Origin: a virus
Reading direction: 5' to 3' (one strand)
IMG/VR virus record: IMGVR_UViG_3300023115_001620
Coordinates: 1 to 64,000 of that record
DNA length: 64,000 nucleotides
Shown one piece after another: positions 37,600 to 45,696 of this stretch (positions are counted from its first letter, which is position 1; each line of letters starts with the position of its first letter). The position numbers were made by a program, and so were the translations under genes. A model generated the notes under the pieces. That model was not told where the DNA came from, did no database searches, and worked only from the letters and a program-made list of their open reading frames with translations.

Positions 37600-38281
37600 T
37601 AAGTATCCTCCATGTGTCCTTCCAGTGTTTCACATGATAATTGCAACCTTTTTTATTTGCGTTAGCTAAAGGTTGATCATTACCACCTAACTGCATTGCG
37701 TCACCAAAAAATATTAATGTATCATTACTGTCAAAATCATTTACTATTTGACTTTTATCAAAGCCCTTTGGCGAAATGTCAATACCTGTTTCTCCACCTA
37801 CCTTTGCTTCTAAGTATGGAAACATAATATTGAAACTGTGAGCAATTTTATATCGTTCAGCCTTTTTTGTATCATAACGTACATACTGTGCACGTTGTTC
37901 TTTGTCTGCACCTCTGCCAACAACACTAAAATTTACCATTCCTGGGCGATGTTCAAAATGTTGTCCTGTACGCAACGGAAATTCACTTTCAGTTAAACAT
38001 TGGGCAAGGAATGTGTGAGGTGTTTCTTCTAATATCCATTCATTTTGATGTACATTTGTGTCTTGCTCCCAAACATCGTTTCCGTTGCAATTATAAACTC
38101 TCACAGCAAGATTGTAAATAGACAAACCTACTTGTTCAACAGTTTTCATTTTATCAGAACCTGTAACCAAATAACATGAATTATGGCTGGCAAAGTTCTC
38201 AAACCATGCAGCAAAGTCTTTATCTATTTTTCCTCTGCTAGGAGTCAGTGTTCCGTCTACATCAAAAACAAATTTATTCAT
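37574..38281 (-). CDS. HAD-IIB phosphomannomutase (eukaryotic PMM-like)
   Basis: FDVDGTLT, VTGSD, E.R.GM.NFS..GR, GG..GIDI...G.DK, FFGD...GGND. Confidence 0.85.
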   Translation of the reverse strand: MNKFVFDVDGTLTPSRGKIDKDFAAWFENFASHNSCYLVTGSDKMKTVEQVGLSIYNLAVRVYNCNGNDVWEQDTNVHQNEWILEETPHTFLAQCLTESEFPLRTGQHFEHRPGMVNFSVVGRGADKEQRAQYVRYDTKKAERYKIAHSFNIMFPYLEAKVGGETGIDISPKGFDKSQIVNDFDSNDTLIFFGDAMQLGGNDQPLANANKKGCNYHVKHWKDTWRILNENFADRS

Positions 38282-38432
38282 TTACACAAATTGCCTTTTC
38301 ATCTTGATCAAATGTTGCTTCTAACACAGCTTGGTTTATTAGACACTGTTTTTGTGAATCATACCTGTTGAATTCTGTGACTTTGTATTCATTATACTCA
38401 GGTATAAAACTTAGTACAAATAGAATCCACAT
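38274..38432 (-). CDS. 52-aa hypothetical protein (not in ORF track)
   Basis: MWILFVLSFIPE...C...C; coupled on both sides. Confidence 0.6.
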   Translation of the reverse strand: MWILFVLSFIPEYNEYKVTEFNRYDSQKQCLINQAVLEATFDQDEKAICVNE

Positions 38433-38611
38433 TAGGTGTCTTTCTCTTCTTTTTGTTTTTTGCGTTTAGTATAAAAGCCACCTTTGAATTCAATATCTTC
38501 TGTTCTTTTACCACTTACACCTACTGTAATTTTTCCACCATTTTTTATATATTCATCTACTAACTTTTGTTCTTCGTCAGTTAATGATCGACTCACAGGA
38601 TTCATACTCAT
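38432..38611 (-). CDS. 59-aa hypothetical protein (not in ORF track)
   Basis: MSMNPVSRSLTDEEQKLVDEYIKNGGKITVG...; coupled on both sides. Confidence 0.6.
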   Translation of the reverse strand: MSMNPVSRSLTDEEQKLVDEYIKNGGKITVGVSGKRTEDIEFKGGFYTKRKKQKEEKDT

Positions 38612-39024
38612 TTACTTTCTCTTTCTGCTACTCGCTTACGCAAGTCGCTACTGCTGAAGCGGTGATCTCGTTTGTTAAAGTGTAGCTGGATACCCCGCTT
38701 CTTGCAAATATCCTTGCCAGTAAAATCCTTTTCTCTATACTCTTCACCTAATATTCTAACATCAATATGATACATTGTCAAGATATCTTCTAGGTCTTTT
38801 TCAGATGTATATGGAATTATTTCATCTACGTATGCAACTGCTTTGAGTTGTGTGTAACGTTCTACTACAGTTTGTATAGGAGAATTCTTTTCAGGCCTGT
38901 CTACGTTAGGATCTACTTGTAATCCGCATATTAAGTAATCACATTGTTCTTTTGCTTCACGCAACATTTGTACGTGTCCTGCGTGAAGTAAGTCAAATGT
39001 TGAACAAGTAAATCCTACCTTCAT
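38608..39024 (-). CDS. Glycerol-3-phosphate cytidylyltransferase-like (TagD/RfaE)
   Basis: TFDLLHAGH, ER...L....YVDE, R...SSS. Confidence 0.9.
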   Translation of the reverse strand: MKVGFTCSTFDLLHAGHVQMLREAKEQCDYLICGLQVDPNVDRPEKNSPIQTVVERYTQLKAVAYVDEIIPYTSEKDLEDILTMYHIDVRILGEEYREKDFTGKDICKKRGIQLHFNKRDHRFSSSDLRKRVAERESK

Positions 39025-39128
39025 CCTAGCTGCTCCCTTAGTTCTTCAAGAAGTTCTAATAGCTTTTGCATTAGTTCTTCGTCTTGTGTTTTTTCTGTAT
39101 CAAATTCTACTTCTACTTTTATTTTCAT
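39021..39128 (-). CDS. 35-aa hypothetical protein (not in ORF track)
   Basis: MKIKVEVEFDTEK...; ATGA coupling at both ends. Confidence 0.55.
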   Translation of the reverse strand: MKIKVEVEFDTEKTQDEELMQKLLELLEELREQLG

Positions 39129-39514
39129 TGTGTTAGTCCTTGAACCAAATTCATAGCAACTGCTGTGCCGCTAATACTTGATCCTATCATAATTGCTCTA
39201 TCGCTCCAGCTCATTCCTACAAAGATCCATCCTATTGAACTGAGAATGTATGCTATTTGTCCATACATTGTGAATCCTGCACTAATTGAAAATACACCTA
39301 TCACAGCAAGTACCATACTTGCCCATTTTACATACCAGTCTACTGTGCCAGTAGGTGTTGTAGGTGTTAGATCTTCAACTTCGTGTTGTAGTTCTGCAAG
39401 CTCTTGTTTAAGACGTTTACGTTCTTTTGACAGTTCTGCTGCAAGTTGAGACGCACGATTTTCTCTAGATGCTTCTTTGTACTCGTCTTTTACCATTTGT
39501 TCGTGTTCTGTCAC
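39125..39514 (-). CDS. Membrane protein (coiled coil plus 3 TM)
   Basis: GGAG SD before GTG 39514; hydrophobic C-terminal half. Confidence 0.65.
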   Translation of the reverse strand: MTEHEQMVKDEYKEASRENRASQLAAELSKERKRLKQELAELQHEVEDLTPTTPTGTVDWYVKWASMVLAVIGVFSISAGFTMYGQIAYILSSIGWIFVGMSWSDRAIMIGSSISGTAVAMNLVQGLTQ

Positions 39515-39515
39515 G

Positions 39516-42188
39516 TTAGTCTCCAAAATCAAACAAACTTGAGAAAGTGTTGTGTTGTTTAGTATCTTCTAGTGGATAGTTAAGCACACCAATCAAGTTA
39601 TCTAGTTTATTATCAATAATAGTTTCCGCCATAGCCGCATCGTCAAACGGCAGTTCCTTAAACCATTCAGGCAAACGTAGCTCATCTGTTGGATAAGCAA
39701 CACTAGTATAGCCTAGTGGATTTGGTTTGAGTTTGCATACAATAACTTTCATACCATCTACAATCTCTTGCGAGTATTTGTCACCGTTCATACGTTTTAG
39801 TGTATTCCAGTTGATACTTGCTCTTACGTGACCAGGCATGTTTGCTTTGCCTTGTTTTTCTTCAAGACGTTGATAGTGTCCAATTTTGTTTGCACGTTTA
39901 GGCGAACCTTTTTCAAATCCTGGACGCTGTTCAAACTCTTTGCGGAACTCTGTAATACGCTGTAGCACATCTTCTTGTGATGCATCTGTAAGCACCATTA
40001 GTAGCAGTTCTTTTAGGAACTCCTGCATAAACACTGGAGTATCTGATCTACGCAAGTCCAAGCCCATTGCTTTTACTTTACCTGGCTTACCATCTGTGTC
40101 TGTTCTAAAGCCTTCGTTATCAACAACTAATGCTGCATATCGCTTCTTAGTAATGTACAGGCCTGATTGTGCAACAATTTCTCTACCTGCTGCAATAACA
40201 TCGCTCCTTGTCTTTGGACAGTGAAATGCTCTCAGCATAAAGTCTGGGAATGTTGTGTTTGCTTGTTCGCACACTTGATCATACAGTGTAATACACTTGT
40301 CTATGTTAAAGTCAAGTGCTCCACTTTCTACATCGTCTTTGAGAGCAGGCCAAGCACTAAAGTACACAGAGTCTGTATCACCATATATAACACTTTTGCC
40401 TGTGTGATCATATTCGCCTGTGATAACTTTGTTAACTTCAGCACTCATATGCTTAACAATTTGTCTACCAGTTAGTGTAGTTGACTGTCCTATCCTTTTG
40501 TCAAAAAATCTACAACCAGGATTAAGAATAGCTCCATAAAGTGAGTTAAGATTAATTTTCTTAACAAGTTGCCGCTTGTCCCAGTACTCAATCTCTGCAT
40601 CGTTCTTTGCATCTTTAGCTTTCTTCAGCATCTTCTGCATGTCTTTACGTTCTGCATACCAACGCTTTAGGATACCTGGAATGACACCTTCAAACTCTGT
40701 TGTAAAGATTGTACCATTTGCACTTAGCATCCAAGGCATTTGACTGTCAAAGATAAGTTGATAAATCTCTGCACCGCTTAGTACATCTGAACGTCCATCT
40801 TCCCAGTCAACTGTAAGTGCAACATCTTTGCGTTGCTCCATAACTGCATCATATTCTTCAACATTAAAGCGTCCTTCCCAGCTGCCTGCGAATGACTTTT
40901 TCTTTAGTGTAGTATCTTCGTGTACACGAGCATCTGTAATCTCAGGACGTATCTGTCCTACAATAGTTTCTGGAGCCATATTCAATGCACGAATCACTGA
41001 AGGATACAGTGAGTTCAAGTCCATTGAGCCAATGTATTTGTGCAAGCCCTTTTTAGGAAACGCAACATACGCACCTGCGGCTTGTGTGCTTTCAGTGTCG
41101 TCACGCTTTGGACGATTAGGTACTCGCAAATCTCTGTTGTGCGCTTCGTTGATAATACCTTGTTCTGTAACAGCAACAGCACCCATAGTTGTTTGCAGTA
41201 GAACAGTGTTTTCGTGTGCAATTGAATTACTTAGATCAATAAAGCGTAATTTTTTGTCAAGTTTGTCAAGTAGTGCAGTATCTTGAATGTTATATTCAAT
41301 GAACTTGCGGAAGTCATTATTATACAACTGGTCCAATGTGCCTTCATATGGCACCTTGTTTTCACCTACTTCAATCTCACCAATTGCATCCAAGCGATAT
41401 GAATGACGTTCTTCATATGTGTATTTGCGATACAGTTCTAAACTGTCCAAATGCACACGACCTACTAAGTCAAATGTTACTGCTTGTTTCCCATACTTTT
41501 CATATTCACGTTTCTTAGGCAACTGTCCCCACAAACAAAAACGTCTTGTGTCGTCTTTGCTTAGTACACGACTTGTTCTGTTTACAGTATACGGAATATC
41601 ATAACCTTCACTGTTCCAACCTGACAAAATATCTGCATCTTCAATAAGTGTTAAGAACGTGTCAATCATATCACCTTCACGTTCAAACAACATTACGTTA
41701 TCAATGCCTTCTAGTTCTTGTTTTGCTTGGTCCATTGTAAGTGTTTTAGGCGGAACAGCAAGACATACCATTGTTTCTAGCCACTGCAAATACACAGATA
41801 TAGATGTAATTGGCATAAAAGGATCTGCTGGATCAGCAAACCCGCGCTCTGGATCAAAGTCTGTCTCAATATCAAAGAACGCAATGTTTAGTTTAGGGGC
41901 GTCTTGATTTAGATAGTGTTCACTCAAACACTGAAAGATTGGATTGATGTCACTTTCAAATAAGTTTTTGCTTTTGTTAATAGCAACTTCTTTGCGAAAG
42001 TCTTTTGTATTTTTACAAACAATTCGTGTAAGGGGATCTCCGTACACACTTTTGTACTTGCCCTTAGGATCTTCATAGTAAAAAGTATATTTTGCTTGAT
42101 ATTCTTGATAGTGTCTTTTGCCGTCACGACGCTCCACGACACGGATAATATCTTGATCACGATCAAACATCGCATCAACGTATGGCAT
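39516..42188 (-). CDS. Family B DNA polymerase
   Basis: Exo I DIET, Exo II GWNSEGYD, Exo III YNIQD; DLNSLYPS, K..LNSLYG, YGDTDS, KKRY. Confidence 0.97.
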   Translation of the reverse strand: MPYVDAMFDRDQDIIRVVERRDGKRHYQEYQAKYTFYYEDPKGKYKSVYGDPLTRIVCKNTKDFRKEVAINKSKNLFESDINPIFQCLSEHYLNQDAPKLNIAFFDIETDFDPERGFADPADPFMPITSISVYLQWLETMVCLAVPPKTLTMDQAKQELEGIDNVMLFEREGDMIDTFLTLIEDADILSGWNSEGYDIPYTVNRTSRVLSKDDTRRFCLWGQLPKKREYEKYGKQAVTFDLVGRVHLDSLELYRKYTYEERHSYRLDAIGEIEVGENKVPYEGTLDQLYNNDFRKFIEYNIQDTALLDKLDKKLRFIDLSNSIAHENTVLLQTTMGAVAVTEQGIINEAHNRDLRVPNRPKRDDTESTQAAGAYVAFPKKGLHKYIGSMDLNSLYPSVIRALNMAPETIVGQIRPEITDARVHEDTTLKKKSFAGSWEGRFNVEEYDAVMEQRKDVALTVDWEDGRSDVLSGAEIYQLIFDSQMPWMLSANGTIFTTEFEGVIPGILKRWYAERKDMQKMLKKAKDAKNDAEIEYWDKRQLVKKINLNSLYGAILNPGCRFFDKRIGQSTTLTGRQIVKHMSAEVNKVITGEYDHTGKSVIYGDTDSVYFSAWPALKDDVESGALDFNIDKCITLYDQVCEQANTTFPDFMLRAFHCPKTRSDVIAAGREIVAQSGLYITKKRYAALVVDNEGFRTDTDGKPGKVKAMGLDLRRSDTPVFMQEFLKELLLMVLTDASQEDVLQRITEFRKEFEQRPGFEKGSPKRANKIGHYQRLEEKQGKANMPGHVRASINWNTLKRMNGDKYSQEIVDGMKVIVCKLKPNPLGYTSVAYPTDELRLPEWFKELPFDDAAMAETIIDNKLDNLIGVLNYPLEDTKQHNTFSSLFDFGD

Positions 42189-42236
42189 TCAATTTTTCTC
42201 CTTCGTTGCTTATGGCCAACTTAACCATCTACATGC

Positions 42237-42473
42237 CTATGCGGCGAAATCATATAGCAATCCTGCTACATATATTATAGTTAGTCCAAAGTTCATTACG
42301 ACTAAACTTTTCTCCCTCCATAGGATACCAATAATCATCCATAGTGTGTTACTAATAATGAATCCCCAAACATAAAGAGGATAAACATTAAAAGCAGCAA
42401 GCGTAGCAGACAGTAATAAAGATACTGTGCTAAACCATGCTAACCACTGATAAGGTTTTGTTTTATTTGTCAT
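42237..42473 (-). CDS. Small 3-TM membrane protein
   Basis: Hydrophobic; similar layout to the C-terminal half of 39125. Confidence 0.65.
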   Translation of the reverse strand: MTNKTKPYQWLAWFSTVSLLLSATLAAFNVYPLYVWGFIISNTLWMIIGILWREKSLVVMNFGLTIIYVAGLLYDFAA

Positions 42474-42723
42474 ATCCTAAAGTAGTAATGAGTGTTTCTA
42501 AATCGTCATACGCATCTGCATGCGAATCCCAGTCACGTTTCTGTGCAATCTTAATTGCTTTGTTAATAAGGCTAGGCTTGATATCTAGTTCTTCTGCAAC
42601 AGCCTTTACAGTTTCTTTTAATCCAGCATTTAAATCTTCTACTTCTTGTAATACTGTAACGCCTTCACGCACTAGACGTTCTAGTTTGGCTTTTTCTTCA
42701 GCACCATAGGTACGAGATCCCAT
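42463..42723 (-). CDS. dsDNA-binding protein (T4 DsbA/GapR-like)
   Basis: 86-aa helical pattern L..L..E......E.....LK......EEL...P....K. Confidence 0.55.
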   Translation of the reverse strand: MGSRTYGAEEKAKLERLVREGVTVLQEVEDLNAGLKETVKAVAEELDIKPSLINKAIKIAQKRDWDSHADAYDDLETLITTLGYDK

Positions 42724-42758
42724 ATATAGTCTCCTTTTGAGTGTCTAACTTAGTATTA

Positions 42759-42787
42759 AGTATATGGTATATTTAGGAATTTGTCAA
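42759..42787 (-). promoter_or_regulatory. Sigma70-type promoter for the dsbA-polymerase operon
   Basis: TTGACA-N17-TATACT with CTAAATA in the spacer. Confidence 0.8.
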
Positions 42788-42795
42788 GTAATATT

Positions 42796-43707
42796 TTACT
42801 TTTTTTCGGCTAGTTTTGCATACAGCATATCTTTAATTGATTCGTACTGTTTGCCTTTATGCTTTGCATAACCTTGTTTTGCAAGTTTCTTTTTATCTTT
42901 GTGCGCACCCATCGCACCACTCTTGCGTAGGTCGTTTAGTTTTTGTGCATTTGGATCTCGTGGTTTGATTAGTCTAGGGTCTTTTGATTCAGTAGGTTCC
43001 ATTTCCATTCTTTTAAGTTGCATCATAACCTTTTGTGTTTGTGCTGGATCCATTTGCATAAGTCTTTGGAATGCTTCTGCCATTGAGTTCATTTCATTTC
43101 TGGTAAGTTGCTTACCAGATTTTGTTTTCTGTATTGCCATAGCTAACAATTTAGGATCACGCACACCTAAATCGCCAACTAATTTTTGGGGATTTACTGT
43201 TCCTTTAACTTTGCCTTGAGTTTGTTGTGATTGTTGATTAGTTGGAGCTGTTTTTAAACTTTGTTGAAAATTTCCTGCATTATCCATTCCGTGCTTGATT
43301 TGATTTTTGGCATATGACGCCATTCCTTTTACAGCATCTAATGGCCCTTCATCGATGTCTGCTTCGCCGACAAGTTTATCCTTTAATGGATGTGGTTGTT
43401 CTCCTGTTGTGCTAGGAGTGCTTGTCTTTGGCATAGGATCTTTACCCTTGGCTTGACCTGCGGATCCTGTTTTTTGTTTTTCGTCTACGCGAACACCTGC
43501 AAGTGCAGCAAAATCTGCAATGCTGTCAATACCTAGCGGCATTGAACCTTTTTCAACTACAGCACTTTCTTCTAGGTAATTCTTCGTTGGCGGTACGTTT
43601 GTAAGATCACCTCCGCCTTGAGCAGCTTGTTGAAGTTTTGCTAGATCTTCTCTTGGATCACTTGGGTCCATTTCGAAAAGTTTGTGCTGTAGTTTGTGCC
43701 AATCCAT
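42796..43707 (-). CDS. Probable virion-internal modular protein
   Basis: Low-complexity K/Q-rich modules separated by LEE, VDE, IDE and TES sites. Confidence 0.55.
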   Translation of the reverse strand: MDWHKLQHKLFEMDPSDPREDLAKLQQAAQGGGDLTNVPPTKNYLEESAVVEKGSMPLGIDSIADFAALAGVRVDEKQKTGSAGQAKGKDPMPKTSTPSTTGEQPHPLKDKLVGEADIDEGPLDAVKGMASYAKNQIKHGMDNAGNFQQSLKTAPTNQQSQQTQGKVKGTVNPQKLVGDLGVRDPKLLAMAIQKTKSGKQLTRNEMNSMAEAFQRLMQMDPAQTQKVMMQLKRMEMEPTESKDPRLIKPRDPNAQKLNDLRKSGAMGAHKDKKKLAKQGYAKHKGKQYESIKDMLYAKLAEKK

Positions 43708-43708
43708 A

Positions 43709-44457
43709 TTACTTCTTTGCCATCTTAGTTGCTGTTGCGTACATTACTGCTTCTGCATCTTTGCCATAACGATCTTTAAAATCGCCTTTGGCTTTCTTCA
43801 TGCCCTTTACGTACTTTTCTTTTTTTTTGACTCGTCTTTAGTTAATGATCTTTCTGCAAGTTTGGCATGTAGTCTTTGTTTGTAAGTATCGTTAGCACTT
43901 TCAGCATGCATTGCTGCCATATGCTTCTTGTACTTTTTAGTACCTTTTTTGTGAGGTGATTTACCTTCTGCTGCAACTGCTTTAATTTCTTTACCACAGC
44001 ACTCACATTTTTTACCAACTTCATTCATTGAATGCTTACCACCGCAATGTGAGCAGCTTGGTCCGCATCCACAAGATGCCTTTTCTGTTGCTTCTGTTAC
44101 TGCGTTGCAACTACAACCTTTACAGTCTGGAGGACATTTACAGTCTTCTGCTTTTACATCTTCTCCACAGCACTTAGATGAACAATGCTTACCTGCGCCT
44201 TCACCAAGTTCGCCTGTTGCTTGTTCATAATCTAAATGATGATATACTGAGCCTAAGTAGTCTGCTGCTTTTGTAATCTTAGATTGTACCCAACCTTCTA
44301 ATCCTTCTGCTTCAGAAACATTCTTTAGCATTTCGTGGAGTTTGATTGAATACTTTGCTATTTTGTATAGGTCTGCTCTGGCCATCTGCACTTCATGGTC
44401 TTTTTCAGCCATGTGAGCCATATCACCTAAGCCTTCACTAATTTCTTTATCTCTCAT
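43709..44457 (-). CDS. Probable virion-internal protein with Cys-rich modules; -1 frameshift near 43820
   Basis: Zero frame stops at 43807; the -1 frame continues KEKYVKGMKK...ATKMAKK to a stop at 43709 adjacent to the next gene. Confidence 0.6.
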
Positions 44458-44478
44458 TGAGCTGCTCCATAATACGTA

Positions 44479-45384
44479 TTATAGTGTATTTATTTCTTTT
44501 AGTATTAATTCTGCTATTAGTTGATGTCCGTATTTTGTTGGATGATAGCTATATGGGTTAACAATTTTATTTTCTGCTAAAAATTTTATTCTATTTGTAT
44601 CTTCTTTGTAGGTTGAAGTATGATACTCTTTATCTAATTTTTTCATCCCAGCATTTTTACAAAGTATACTGCATATATCTCTAGGACTGCGATTATAAAA
44701 TAGCATATTATCTATTGTTTTGTTTTTATCTACACTTACTTCTTTGATAGTGGTTGTAACAGGGTGATCATGATCTTTTTGTCTACGATCTTTTTCAACT
44801 GTATATTCGTCTGTGCTGAAATTGGCTACAGCAGGGTGCGATTTTTCATAATCATGATGATTAAATGTGTCAAACCAGTAGTTTTTAATACCTAATGCTG
44901 CAAAGTAACTGTTAAAAAAATGCATTTCTTTTGCAAGAGCATGTACTTCATGATCATGATTATAAAAAAATCTCATCCATTGTTTTATAATGTAGTTTTC
45001 ATTGTTGACTACTTTTTGCCAACTGAATTTAGGATTAGGTAGAATTATATTTTTAAGATCCTGTGTTCTGTAGTCATATATTTCTGTTCTAGCAGTAGAT
45101 GTTATACCCCAAAGTACTATAATTTCGTCATACTTTTCTTTTATATTGTTAAATTCGTCACTTGGAAAAAAGTGTTTTGCAAATCTAAATTGTTTTTGAT
45201 TACTTGTTCCGCCTATACTAAAATTTAAAGTGTCTGCACTTAACTCTTTAGCGATAATTTCACGAAAAGTGCCTTCCGGCCTGTCCCATGTATTATAGTA
45301 TTCTTTTTCTGACATACCTTCATAATAGTATGTTCCTACACCCATGGTCCAGCTACAACCAAAGGTAATGAATAGTTTTTTCAT
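44479..45384 (-). CDS. SGNH-hydrolase-like protein
   Basis: TFGCSWT.G (block I), GGTSN, HPT..GH..IA (block V). Confidence 0.55.
   Translation of the reverse strand: MKKLFITFGCSWTMGVGTYYYEGMSEKEYYNTWDRPEGTFREIIAKELSADTLNFSIGGTSNQKQFRFAKHFFPSDEFNNIKEKYDEIIVLWGITSTARTEIYDYRTQDLKNIILPNPKFSWQKVVNNENYIIKQWMRFFYNHDHEVHALAKEMHFFNSYFAALGIKNYWFDTFNHHDYEKSHPAVANFSTDEYTVEKDRRQKDHDHPVTTTIKEVSVDKNKTIDNMLFYNRSPRDICSILCKNAGMKKLDKEYHTSTYKEDTNRIKFLAENKIVNPYSYHPTKYGHQLIAELILKEINTL
44487..44493 (-). promoter_or_regulatory. Late promoter ATAAATA
   Basis: Upstream of the ATAATACGTATTAT palindrome, GGAG and ATG 44457. Confidence 0.55.
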
Positions 45385-45569
45385 TTTTTATTTTTGCTTT
45401 TTGATTTTTTCTTTTTGTGACCTAATACATTAATATCAACGTCTAATGCATTTTTTACAGTACCGTCTGGATTTTTCATTTGACGACTTACTAATCCACC
45501 CACAGGTGTAGCAACGCTTGCAACAGATCCCGCTGTTGTAGTTTCCTTTACTATTTCGTTCATCTTCAT
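45381..45569 (-). CDS. Small probable virion-internal protein
   Basis: MKMNEIVKE N-terminus, basic tail. Confidence 0.6.
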   Translation of the reverse strand: MKMNEIVKETTTAGSVASVATPVGGLVSRQMKNPDGTVKNALDVDINVLGHKKKKSKSKNKK

Positions 45570-45696
45570 TTTAAGTATTCCCTGTATGTTTTCCAGTAGT
45601 TTTGTCGTTCGTTAGTGCTGGCTCGCCGGAGTTCGTGTTCTTTTAACTTGGCAACATAATGACTTGTTTCTATGTCGCTAGTGTCTGGGAATAGTT

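Noticed and set aside
39516-42188. Intein or intron in the DNA polymerase
   Set aside because: All motifs occur in order within 890 aa, with no splice-junction or homing-endonuclease motifs.
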